A stretch of DNA of 63,924 bases, filler included, from Octopus bimaculoides (taxonomy: Eukaryota): the NCBI RefSeq assembly GCF_001194135.2. It is 7 parts of 6 records of this genome, joined end to end, with 100 filler letters (N's around TTAATTAATTAA, not from the genome) between each part and the next. Parts side by side here need not be neighbours in the genome. Positions count along the whole stretch, not along the records: positions 47,613 to 60,521 come from NC_068985.1; 6 more parts are not named here. The stretch is one strand, 5' to 3'. This document shows positions 47,613-59,395 of the stretch, piece by piece. The notes under the pieces are model-generated. The model did not search any database, was not told where the DNA came from, and was given only the letters and a program-made list of their open reading frames with translations. Position 1 is the stretch's first letter. Every line of letters starts with the position of its first letter. Made by a program: the position numbers and the translations under genes.

Positions 47613-47945
47613 AACATCTGCTACATACAAAAACTAACTTCCTAGTTAACCTTCCTTTGATATTGCTGCACCTCTTATGTGTCCATAGCTTGCACTGGGT
47701 ACATCTTCTAGAGTTTCTACCTACGCCTTTTCTACAGATCGAGCAGGGCCATCTACCTGAACGGGTTTGTGTTTTGTCTACCTTCCTACTTATTAGGACT
47801 TTGGTTTTAGCTAGGTTGACTCCAAGGCCCTTCGATTCTAGTCCTTGCTTCCACACCTGAAACTTCTCTAGTTCTGATAGTGACTCAGCAATTAGGGCAA
47901 GGTCATCAGCATAGAAGAGCTCCCAGGGGCATCCCATTTTAAATG
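47613..47945 (-). pseudogene. RTE-like LINE RT fragment with an in-frame PHD-like Cys/His finger
   Basis: GCPWELFYADDLALIAES...GLGVNLAKTKVL followed by WPCSICRKGVGRNSRRCTQCKLWTHKRCSNI...FVCSRC. Confidence 0.85.
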
Positions 47946-48426
47946 CAATAGAGGACAATAAAACATCCAGACAGATAGATGATACAAAGGTGGACAGCAA
48001 AAACAACAAATAGAGGGACGGGAAAAAGAGGACATACTGGACTAATAACCTGCTATAAAACTTAATAAACATATGCTTCAGGACAAAGTATTAGTCGAGT
48101 ACAGAGTGGTAATAAGAAAATGAGATGACAAAAGAATAAATGATTATCTTATGAACTTCATTAGCTTACAGTTGTTTCTGCCATAAAATGCAGTGGATTC
48201 ATAGCTGAGTGCCAGAGTAACACCTTATAAGAACCTCAAGAGAGAGAGAGGGAGAAAAATCAAGCATAAGAGCAGAGTCATGTGCAAGAAAAAAGACTGC
48301 ATTGGACATGTTATGTGTATGGATGAGAATGGCTTGGGAAGAACCTTTGATCCTGTTTTATGTATATATGATAGATTGCTAACCACTACACACATATTTT
48401 TTCTCTCCTTGTTTCTTTCTATGTTC

Positions 48427-48462
48427 CTTTCTGTGGAAGAGAGTAGGCTCGAAACGTTAAAG
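48427..48462 (+). ncRNA. Degenerate hammerhead-like motif (same family as 12314)
   Basis: CTTT CTGTGGA A GAGAGTAG GCTC GAAA CG TT AAAG, with stem I CTTT/AAAG. Confidence 0.35.
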
Positions 48463-48550
48463 ACGTTTTCAATTCCTGAGCGTTATACTAATACATCTAT
48501 TTGTTTTCTCCACCACCTGCCTTCATCTGTTGTGTTTTTGTGAATTCTCC

Positions 48551-48590
<40 letters not shown>

Positions 48591-48698
48591 NNNNNNNNNN
48601 NNNNNNNNNNNNNNNNNNNNNNNNNNNNNNNNNNNNNNNNNNNNNNNNNNNNNNNNNNNNNNNNNNNNNNNNNNNNNNNNNNNNNNNNNNNNNNNNNN

Positions 48699-48727
<29 letters not shown>

Positions 48728-48729
<2 letters not shown>

Positions 48730-48815
48730 TTGTCTTCTACTATAGTCTCAGGTCGACCAAAGCCTTGTGAGTGGATTTGGTAGGCAGAAACTGAAAGAAG
48801 TCTATCATATATATA
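48728..48815 (+). mobile_element. SINE family A, middle segment
   Basis: GTCTTCTACTATAGTCTCAGGTCGACCAAAGCCTTGTGAGTGGATTTGGTAG...GAAAGAAG then (TA)n. Confidence 0.75.
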
Positions 48816-48829
48816 TAAATGACACCCGC

Positions 48830-49465
48830 ACATACGTAAACAAACACATGCAGACACACATACACAGGAACGCACATATACACAACATACACACACACAC
48901 GCACGAAAACATACACAATATACACATACACGCACGCACAAAAAATATACACACACACAAGCACACGTACCTAACACTCACAATCCCACACACACACACG
49001 TACGCACATCCTCACGCATACACACGCACCCACATACATATACATACACACACACACCTCTCACAAACAACACACTCACACAGACACGCATACAATCACA
49101 CACACATGGGCATAAACAACACACGCACATGCACGCACGTACAGAAGCAAATGCATGCATACACACATACAAACACACACACATGCACAAAAACATACAC
49201 ATACACACACGCGCACGCACAAAATACACACACTGCTAGGAAATCACACCCACACAACACAGACACACATACTCAAAAACTGCCTGCCTACTTTCTACTG
49301 ACCATTGTCCACCACTCCCAAACTATTCCTGCTACTAATTCCTTTCACTACGTCACACACACACACACACACTAACAGATAAACAGCCAAACCACACACA
49401 CACACACACACATACATACGTACACACACGTTCTGTTATTACACACACAGACCCTCGCGCACGCA
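48830..49465. repeat. Degenerate (CA)n-rich tract
   Basis: Directly visible. Confidence 0.9.
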
Positions 49466-49735
49466 CACATATTTACCTCCTTCTTGCACTCTCCTGTCTT
49501 AGAAAGAACTTTTCTTCCACCACTTCCTCTTCTGGTCCTTCCACAATGTAACCTCATGGACATCAGTGGCGATTTTTTCTTCTTCCGTTTTTCCCTTCTT
49601 TGAACTTTCCTTGTTTCCGACGAAGAGCTCCACTTGAAACGTCATACTCTCTCTCTTTCCTCTCCCGAGCGTCTTGTAACACAATCTGTATCAGGTCCTC
49701 ACGTTGTTGTTTTTTGTCTTTTTCCTTTTTTTGAA

Positions 49736-49782
<47 letters not shown>

Positions 49783-50689
49783 CTATGTGTCTGTGTTATC
49801 TATGTATGTATATGCCATAAAAGTCCCACACAGAGATGTTTAGTTAGTGCTCTCATCAGAAGAAATTCCTGTTAGAAACATGGAATTCCCCATTTGCCGA
49901 CTAGGAAAATGCTACCACCTTCAGACGTCTTCAGTAGGGGTCATGGACATAACTGGAATCGATTTAAGGGGGATAACTCTGCCTTGCCTAATTAGGGTTT
50001 ACCAGTAGAGTTTCGTTCTAGAATTCTTTTGTTTACAAAATTAACTGAGCATGACATTTTCCTCCCACCAGCTGTAGAGAGGTTATGTCTCTTCGGCCAC
50101 TTGAGTTTTATGAGTTGTCTTTACAGCTAAGCTCCTTATAGGTATCAATCCTATGGTCACACCAATGGTCAGAGAGTGACCATTGGTTTTGCACCTATAA
50201 GATGCTTAGCTGTATAAGCAACTTGTGAGACTCAAATGGCAGAAAGCCATTTGTTCAACTAAAATCCTTCAAGGCAGTGCCCCAGCATGGCTGCAGTCCA
50301 TTGACTGAAACAAGCAAAATATAAAAAATAACGTGTTCACAGATAAAGTGTTCTTTTTTTATAATCTTCTATTTGAGGGGAGTTGTTAATTGAGGTTTTG
50401 ATAATTATCTGAAAGTTATCATGGATGTATTAAAAACTTAACAAGCTTTCGAACTTTGCACATATAATATGATGGACAAAGTGAAATGAACTAAACTAAC
50501 TGAAATGTAAACAAATGATCACGACCAGCAAAAATTGTTTACAAATAATAATAAAGCATTTATCATATAAAATGCAGTTGATTTATTTTGTTTTGGTGCT
50601 TTTGTTTTTTTAAATTATTAAACTAAATGTTTTTATGGCAGAAGATAGGAAAAACAAACTACAAGATCAACTTTGGTATACATATAAGT

Positions 50690-52131
50690 GCAGGTATACC
50701 CGTGTGGTAAGAAGCTTGCTCCCCAATCACATGGTTCTGAGTTTAGTCCCACTGCATGGAACCTTGGGCAAGTATCTTCTACTATATCCTCTGGCTGATC
50801 AAAACCTTGTGAGTGGATTTGGTAGACAGAAATTGAAAGAAGCCTGTCATATATATATGAGGGTCAGCTGAAAAGTTGATAGGCTGACCAGCATACTCTT
50901 ATGGAATGTGACCAAATGAGATTTATTTTCCAACATAGTCCTCCTTGCGATCCACACATTTCTTCCATCAGTGTTGCAGTGTTTGGATCCCTTAGGTGAA
51001 GAAGCTTTCATTATCTTGCTCTAAAAAGCAGATGTGGCATCAATCTCACTATGATACTGGTTCCCAGCCAAGTGCTTTTTCATGTTGTGGAACAGATGAT
51101 AGTCAGATAGGGCCAAATCAGGAGAATTGGGATGGTGATCAACCAGTTCAAAGTCACAGTCTCACACAATTGCCATTGAAACCAGGGACTTGTGCGCTGG
51201 AGGATTGTTCTGGTGAAACAAGACCCTTTTATCAGTTTTCTTGGACATTTGGTTTTGATAGCCTTTTGTAATTGCCTCAGCAAGTTGGCAAAGTACTCTC
51301 CATTGATGGCATGGCTTTTTTGAAGATATCCACAATATCTTTTGCATTCCAAAAAACTGAGGCCATCACTTTCTCTGCAGGTGAAATGACCTTGGATTCT
51401 TTGGAGCAGGTGAGGAGGGATGTTTCCATTGAATGGATAGTCCCTTTGTCTCTGGCTCAAAGTGATGAACCCAGCATACATCCTGAGTTAGGAAACCTTT
51501 AAAAAACCCAGCTGGATTTGCCTGAAACAATGTCAGATTTTGTTGTGATGTGATCAACGTAGGGTGCCTTTGATCAGGTGTCAGAAGATGTAGCACCCAC
51601 CGAGTAGAAACCTTTGTCATGCCAATTTTATTGTGTAGAATATCCTCAACTCTTTAATGGGATATGCTAATAGCTTTGGGTATTTGATTTATAGTCAATT
51701 GCCTGTCACCCATCAGTATGTGTAAACGCAATCAATGTTTTCCTCAATGGTGGCAGTTGCAGGAAGACCAGATGTTGGGTCATCTTCAAGATTCTCTTAT
51801 CTCCTCCTATATTCGGATGCTCATTTTTGCACTGTTGATAAAGCTGGAGCATCATCCCCCAATGTAACAACTATGTCAGCATGAATGTCGTTGGGGGCTA
51901 AACCCTTTTTCTAAAGGTACTTGATAACACCATGAAACCAAATTTTGTTGATTTTCAAGTGAAGTTGCGACTAGATAGTTTTGAAGTCTTCTTTGAACAG
52001 TCAGATGTCAATTTACCCGGAAAGAAACAATGCAATTATCGATATGAGTTGAAATTAATGCATGCAAGATTTCACAGCTCTAACACCACTCCTTCATAGT
52101 CACCCTATTGACTTTTTAGTCCAGCCTCGCA

Positions 52132-52189
<58 letters not shown>

Positions 52190-52285
52190 TATACGTCCTC
52201 CACCACAGCTTGACAACTGGTGATGGTGTGTTTACATACTCCTAAGCAAGCAGTTCGGCAAGAGAGACCAATAGAATAAGTATGT
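50690..52285 (+). mobile_element. SINE family A copy split by a mariner (halves at 50690-50855 and ~52190-52285)
   Basis: The 5' half contains GGAACCTTGGGCAAGTATCTTC (CORE) and ends GCCTGTCATATATATA. The 3' half CCACCACAGCTTGACAACTGG...GATAGAATAAGT-like segment resumes after the mariner. Confidence 0.8.
50856..52131 (-). mobile_element. Full-length (~1.27 kb) mariner relic, irritans-like
   Basis: TIRs TA-TGAGGGTCAGCTGAAAAGTTGATAGG and CCTATTGACTTTTTAGTCCAGCCTCG. Motifs STRWVLHLLT, TQDVCWVHHFEPETK, LFHQNNPPAH and SPDLALSDYHLF, with stops and frameshifts. Confidence 0.92.
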
Positions 52286-52789
52286 AGCAGAGCATCATAT
52301 TACATACTAATATGTGAGTCGACCTGCACAGCAGACAAATATATTGATGAAGCATCTGGCCTTGCTTTGATACAGTAGCCTCGTTCTGAGCTACACTGTA
52401 GAAAACTCTCAGTTCCTATCAGGTTTTAATCAAAGGTACATGTCTTCTCTGCAGCTCCACATGCAATCTCTCACATGTCTATTCACCTCAACACAAGATA
52501 TATGGTTTGTAAACGAAGATATTTTATCACAGATACATTCTCAAAATGACTGTTCGCATTACACACATACTGTAGTACAAATATATGTTACTTCTTTCAG
52601 TGCAAAAGCAAAAACCAAAACTTTCTTTGTATGTAAACATACATGTTTTTGTATCATACTACATGCTTCCACCACAAAAGGTGAACACAGAATAAACAAT
52701 ACATTTATACACAAAAATGTCTTATGGTGATTCATACTAACTGTTTTTCCATTTAATAACACGCACTTCAACAGCCAACGACAGCTACT

Positions 52790-52915
52790 ACAAGTATAAG
52801 GTTTTAAAAGAAAAAAAATAATGGGGTCGATTCATTCGACTGAAAATTTTTCTAAACAACGCCACAGCATGGTCGCAGTCTAATGACTGAAACAAGTAGA
52901 AGATAAAAGATACAA
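52790..52915 (+). mobile_element. SINE family A, 3' tail
   Basis: GGGGTCGATTCATTCGACT...CAGCATGGTCGCAGTCTAATGACTGAAACAAG. Confidence 0.7.
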
Positions 52916-54399
52916 ATCCAGCACTCTCTGTAACGTACGTGTGCGCACATGTACACTCACATAAATGAACAAACACGTAGCTAAACGTATTGCACATAGG
53001 TACAGATGTACACAGCATGACAATTTGTCTCGTTATGACCGAATGTTTAAAGCGTATTTTTCTTTGTCCGCCATAATATATATATATATATATACAAATT
53101 TCAAAAGAACACTTCACACTTGCACTTACATACAGTACTTATTTGTACTAAATATAAGCGATAATTTGTTTACCTTTCACTTCCAATCGGTGCTGTTTGT
53201 CTCACTCTGACTGCCATCTTTTATGCACTAAATTCGAAAGATCGCCTGAAAGTCGCATAAAAGACATGAAATAACTCAAAAAGAGATACAAGTTCTTCTA
53301 TTTGTCATTAACGATTATTTTACTTTCAATTTGTTTCGCTTTGTCGATCGCCATTTTATATGTACAAAGATCGAAACATTACTCCCAGAACGGCAATCCA
53401 TCTTTGTTTTTCCCTGCAGTTATTAAGATTAATATCTATTTTGGAACCACTGGGACTATCCCAGGGATTCTAGGAAGAGGTTCGAAGAACTCCCCCGCTT
53501 TTTTTTTTTTTTTTTACTCTTTACTGTTTCAACGTTGGCGATTCATTTGTTCCATCATAATTTGTTCTTAATGCCTCGGTGGATATAGAAAGGTGATTGT
53601 ATTCGTAACTGAATGAAAGAAGACACTGAAATACTGTAAAATATCTGTGATTTTTGTTTTTATTCCACCTGTGGCTTCTAACGTGAGTGTTCCTGGCTAT
53701 TATAGTTCCTTAGCCTCGCAGTTATGTGCTTACGATATGTCTAATAATAAAATCAGAGAGTGTGTCATTGAAATATGTAATTTAGAGTTTACAACTTGTG
53801 AAGATCTGGAGGAAATACATGTACAGAAGAGAGCAATGGGTTAAGGAGTCGAACGTACAATTTCCTGTAATTCAGGCTACCTCATGGTACCAGAAGTCAA
53901 AACGGAAATGGCGTTGTCCTGGAGGATGGCGATCCTCGGTAATGCCGCATGTGTTTTGGGAGTACCCTTAAACTTTTTATAGAGGACTACCATTTTCCCT
54001 CTGGCATGATTGGATTGGCATGAGTAACCCTTTCGACTCATCATCGGGCTAACCACACTACTATAAAAATTCGAGGTAATTTTTTGGTAAGGCGTGCCAC
54101 TCAGAAAATCCTGCGAGCCGCAATTTAGCCATGACTTCTCTATTATGAATATTTACTGATATCCTTTCCCCTCACTTTTTCTTATCACTTGACTTATTAG
54201 AAATATAGACATCCCTATAGAATAGAGTTGGAAATTACCTAGCGCTCAAAAAACTGTGATTTCTTCAGACCTATATGTTATAAGCATTGGGGAATATGAA
54301 TTTGCAAAAGGTAAACACAAGTATATGTGTGGGGAGGGATGTGTCCTCCCATGCTTTTTTCTAAATTTTCAGTTCTGACATTTTTTCGGATTTTCGCAC

Positions 54400-55110
54400 T
54401 CTAATTTTTATGAACGGGATTGAGATGCGCAGCCATTGTAAAAGTGGTATCACAATCAGTTGGTCTAGGATCGGTTGGTTATATGCAGATAACATGGTGC
54501 TACTTGGCTCATCAGAAGGTGATCTCCAACATGCAGTGAATTGTTTTGCCTGCAAGTGTTGCAAGGCAAGGAAGAAAATTAGTGTTGCAAAGACCGAGAC
54601 ACTGGTCCTCCCAAGTAACTCGTCCCAGTGCACTCTGTATGTTTGTGGATTATCACTGAGACAAATAGAGAAGTTTAAGTATCTGGGAAGGCAGGAGGCT
54701 GAATTGGATGCTAGATTTGCCGGTGCTGGCACAGTAATGTACCAGCTCCAGCATCCGATCCTCAGGAGAGGACAGGTTGTTAAAAAAGCAACCTCATTAT
54801 CTTCATTTCGGTTTTTGTACATCTCCTCACTTATAGTCATGAATGTTAGGTAATGACTGAAAGAATGCGATCATGAATGCAAGTGGCCGAAATGGAGTTC
54901 CTCCAAAAGGTCTCCGGATTAACGTTACTCGACCTGGAGTTCAAAGAATCTCTTCTGGTAGAACCGCTACTTCTCCACATTGAGAGGTCACAACTCCCGT
55001 ATTGCTGACATATGATTAGAATGTCACTTTGAAAGAATCACACAAGACAGATTCTTCAAGCCGAGGCAACTAGCAGAAGACCTAATGATAGACCTAGAAC
55101 GAAATGCTTG
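54400..55110 (+). pseudogene. RTE-clade LINE, RT C-terminal half to 3' end
   Basis: LYADNMVLLG...KISVAKTETLV...IEKFKYLG...EAELDAR...AG, later RRPNDRPRTKCLDKI. Confidence 0.8.
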
Positions 55111-55304
55111 GATAAAATTTATAGGAGAGTATTGTAGTTCGCTTGAAGCATTGTGTATTGTTTGTAAAGAATAAAAGTTTAGAATGGTACAACAATGCAC
55201 TATAAAATAAGAAATGGACTATATACCTGTTGTAATTTCGTTATCTATAGTCCGATGATATTTCGGAATTACAATTCCTTCTTCAGATCTTCTTCAGCTT
55301 TAAT

Positions 55305-55490
55305 TTTTTGCATAGCCCTAATACTCCTTACAAGTGAACTTAACAGAAGAGGGTATGGATATAAAATTAGCAACAAGAAAATAAGTCATCTGTTTTATAT
55401 GGATGACTTAAAACACTATGGCAAAGAGGATAGTGAAAAGAGGATCGTGAAAATATTCAGTGATGACACCGGGATGGAATTTTATTCTTT
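55305..55490 (+). pseudogene. R4-like RT fragment duplicated from 57820-58010
   Basis: ISHLFYMDDLKHYGK. Near-identical to the larger copy 2.5 kb downstream. Confidence 0.8.
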
Positions 55491-56625
55491 ATAAAATTAA
55501 TAGTATCATTTAGTCGCGCTTGGGAATCCTGCCGGAAAATCTAATGACGGTTGCTTCTGACAGCCCCCCCCCCCATGAAGGAGGTACCAGAGGACTCTCT
55601 CCCCACGACCTTTCCAGGAGTAGTGAGCGGATGGATGGATGGATAATTTTGAAGAATTATCATTCCCACCAATATATTTTTCTACGTTAATAATCTACGA
55701 TTCTGAAAACATTCAGATCAAAANNNNNNNNNNNNNNNNNNNNNNNNNNNNNNNNNNNNNNNNNNNNNNNNNNNNNNNNNNNNNNNNNNNAAAAAAAAAA
55801 AAAAAAAAAAGCAGTTTTTGTCGCTCTAGATAATTTCTGACTCTATTCTATAGGAATGCCGAAATAAATTATTGCACTTATTTCGTATCAACATTTCTAG
55901 TCATAGACATTACACTTTCCTTCAGACCAAAATCATAGAAAAAATAAGTTCGACTATTTTTTCTTACATACTTATTACATTATCCAAATACAGCCTCCAT
56001 TTATTTATGACACCAGGATATGACTAAAGGGTAGCTGACTGCTATTTCTTGCAAGTCGAATGGAGGACGGCTTAAAAACTTTCTCGTCAGTCGCCATTAG
56101 AGAGTAGTTTCTGATATATTAGGGAAAGGAAGACGCTGATAAGATAGTGTTTTTATTTAATGGTGAAGTAAAATTGTAAAATAAAATAAAATTTATCTGA
56201 AGTAGATTAAAAGAAAACGATTTCACGGACACTCCTTCGAAAGAAGTTTGTTCCATATCATGTTTGTGTGTATGTGTGAAAGTAAGAGAAAGGGAGAAAA
56301 GAGAGAGGGGAAAGAAAGAGCTACAATAATAGAGAAATGATAGTGAGAAAGTGCATAAATGTATCTCTCCCTCTCCTCTTTCCCTATATGTGTGCGCGTA
56401 TAAGTGAGAGAGAGAGAGATGGAGGTCGGAGAGAGGAGGAACGAAAGAAGATGATAGAGAGAAACAAGTATATGCAAATATATACACCTCTCTCCCTGTA
56501 TATGTGTGCGGTTGTACGTGTGTATGTAGTGTGTGTGTCTGTATGTGCAGTGTATGATTGTGTGTGTAATGTGCGTGTGCGAGCGCGTGCGTACATGTGG
56601 GTGTGTGTATGTATGTATGTCTCTG

Positions 56626-56656
<31 letters not shown>

Positions 56657-57269
56657 GTGTGTGGGTGTGTGTAGTAATTGTTCAGTTTGGTTAGATTTTA
56701 AAAAGTAAATAAAAATTAAGGGGGAGATAACTTTTACTACTTTTTACACATAAACACTGGCGAAATATGAACAGTAACAGATTTTCTCCTTTAACAACCC
56801 TTGTGGTGCCTTAATTTTCCATCAGTAACGTCACCACGAGAGTGTGTATGCATATATGTACCTTTCTCTCTCTCTCCTTCTCTCTTTTCCTATAACTTCC
56901 CCATCCTCTCGGCTCTACCCTCCGCTACACTTCTACACTGCCCCTCCCTTGTTCAAACTCCAATCTCACCTTACAAACAAATATCTTGAAATACTAATGT
57001 GGTCCTTTCTGGTCCCAATCCAGGGGACATAACTCTCATAAACTAAACATTTTTTGTTTATGACGGGTGATTTCTTCCGTGACTTTCCTTCCGGTTTTTT
57101 AAATTTTATTTTATAGACCCACAAACCTGATATGACACTTTCAGGCCTATAGCGATAAAAAGCCCATGTCATACTATTACTTTCGGCCATTTCAAGTGAT
57201 TACTGGAGTTGGTTCTCAACCTCTGCTGTGAAAGCAATTGATAATTTGGCTTTTATGAGACTATTGTAT

Positions 57270-57700
57270 TATATTGGTTTCAAATTTGGTACAAGACCAG
57301 CAAGTTCATGAGAGGAGGTATTTTATCTATCCTGAAAAGATGAAAGACAAAGTTGATCTTGCGGGAATTTAAACTCAGAATGTAAAGATGAACGAAATAC
57401 TGCTAAGCATTTTGTCCAGCAGGCTACCGATTCTGACAGCTTGCTGTCTTCATTAAATAGTATTATATTAATAATTTTAATAATGATAATTCTTTCTAAT
57501 TTTAGCACAAATCCAACAGTTTTGAGGGGAGGGGCAAGTTGATATTATTAACCCAAGTGTTTGACTGGTACTTTAGTTTATCAAGCTCAACAGGATGAAA
57601 CACAGTCAGTATCAGTGAGATTTGAATTCAAAAGATAAAGAACCAGAACAAATGATGCAAATCACTTTTTCCAGTGCTCTAAGAATTGTGCCAGCTTGGT
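57270..57700 (-). mobile_element. Two old SINE family B copies in tandem
   Basis: Reverse-complement cores: GGATGAAA/AGATGAAAGACAAAGTTGA and GAATTTAAACTCAGAA, with heads at ~57450 and ~57690. Confidence 0.55.
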
Positions 57701-57749
57701 ACCTTAATAACAAGAATAATAATTATACCACTCTCCAATTATATCACTC

Positions 57750-58580
57750 TAATTGAGTGCTGACCGCAAACAATACTACTATCAATTGTGGCATTTTCCA
57801 AGGTGACTCACTTTCACCTTTAATTTTTGCATAGCCCTAATACTCCTTACAAGTGAACTTAACAGAACAGGGCATGAATATAAAATTGGCAACAAGAAAA
57901 TAAGTCATGTGTTTTATATGGATGACTTAAAACACTATGGCAAAGAGGATAGTGAGCTTGAAGGACTATTATGTATCGTGAAAATATTCAGTGATGACAT
58001 CGGGTTGGAATTTGGTCTTGGTGAATGTGCCTAGGCCACTCTCCAGAAAGAGAAATTGAAGACCTCACATTCAGTAGTGTTAGATGTTGACACAGTTATA
58101 AAAGAACTCAAGCAGGAACAAACTTACAAATACCTCAGAATAAATGAGGTCTCTGGCATTCAGCATGCAAGCATGAAAAAGAAGATCAGGAAGGAATGTT
58201 ACAGGAGAATTCGAGAAGTCCTAAAATCCGAGTTAAATGCACGTAACAAGGTGTTAACTATAAATTCCTTAGCAGTTCCAGTTATTATTTATAGTTTCAA
58301 TGTATTCAACTGGAATATCAGTGAAATAAGGAAGATTGACAGGAAAATCCATAAACTGCTGACTTGCAAAAAGATGAACCAGCCAAAGGCAGACGCAGAT
58401 TGTCTACCTTCCCAGAACTCAAGAAGGCTGAGGCTTGATCCAGTCTGAAATCTCTTACAAAACCACTATAACTGGACAAGCAAAATATCTTGAAGCATCT
58501 AATGACTGGATGTTAAAACTCATTGAAAGCCACAAGAGACATAAGAAGCTTCAATCTGTTATGAAGAAGAGTAAATAATT
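57750..58580 (+). pseudogene. R4/Dong-like LINE RT fragment
   Basis: GIFQGDSLSPL, ISHVFYMDDLK, KQEQTYKYL, LKSELNARNKVLTINSLAVPVIIYSF...WNISEIRKIDRK. Confidence 0.88.
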
Positions 58581-58639
58581 TGCTAGTGATTTCTTGTAGT
58601 AGAACGTAGACTGGTGAATGTTGTGTCACCAGCTTTGCG

Positions 58640-59095
58640 ATGTTTCTCTACCCTTATTTTGAGTGGGTGGCATGTTACAAGAGTATTCCACAGTATTCAA
58701 GAGTAATACAACACTTCGCAAATATCTCCTTTGAGTAAACCACCAATAGAAAAGAATATGACCAAAGACTGCGTGTACTCCATCCCATGCAGCTGTGGTA
58801 GGTTATACAAAGGCGAAACATGTTGCCCCCTCAAAATAAGGGTAGAGGAACATCATAAAGCTGTGACACGAGGAGATATTGATAAATCGGGTATAGCTGA
58901 TCATGTATGGAAAAACAGAGACCACCTCCCCCTGTGGGATAAAGGTAAAATAATAGACAGGAAAGACCACTGGAAAATATGAAAACTAAAAGAGGCAGCA
59001 CATATGCTAGGACATAATAACCTCCTAAGCAAACCTAGTGCAGATATGAGTAACATATGGGAACTAGTATTAAGGAAGGATAGGAAAATATTAGA
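58640..59095 (+). pseudogene. Penelope-like element GIY-YIG endonuclease 3' fragment
   Basis: KDCVYSIPCSCGRLYKGETCCPLKIRVEEH...KSGIADHVW...KI*KLKEAAH...LLSKPS. Confidence 0.88.
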
Positions 59096-59125
59096 TTTAT
59101 AAGCCCTAAAATTCACTCCATAATT

Positions 59126-59395
59126 TGCCACGGGCATGGCACAGTGGTCAAGAGCGCGGGCTACTAACTCCAAGATTCCGAGTTCAATTCCAGGCAGTGA
59201 CCTGAATAATAATAATAACATTGGAAAAGTACTTTAGGAATGAGAACCCAGGTTCGAAATTCCCCCAGGACACCTGATGAAGGCTGGAGAGTACATCAGC
59301 CAAAACCTTGTGTTAGCAACAATACAAGATGAGGACAAATATCCGTCAAATGTAAATAATGTACATAATTCCTCATCTCACAAATATAGGACTGT
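59126..59395 (+). mobile_element. tRNA-headed, hammerhead-bearing element at the Penelope 3' end
   Basis: A box TGGCACAGTGG at 59137-59147, B box GAGTTCAATTCC at 59180-59191, (AAT)n, a second GGTTCGAAAT box, then GACAC CTGATGA A GGCTG..CAGCC AAAA CCTT GTGTT at 59269-59314. Confidence 0.65.
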
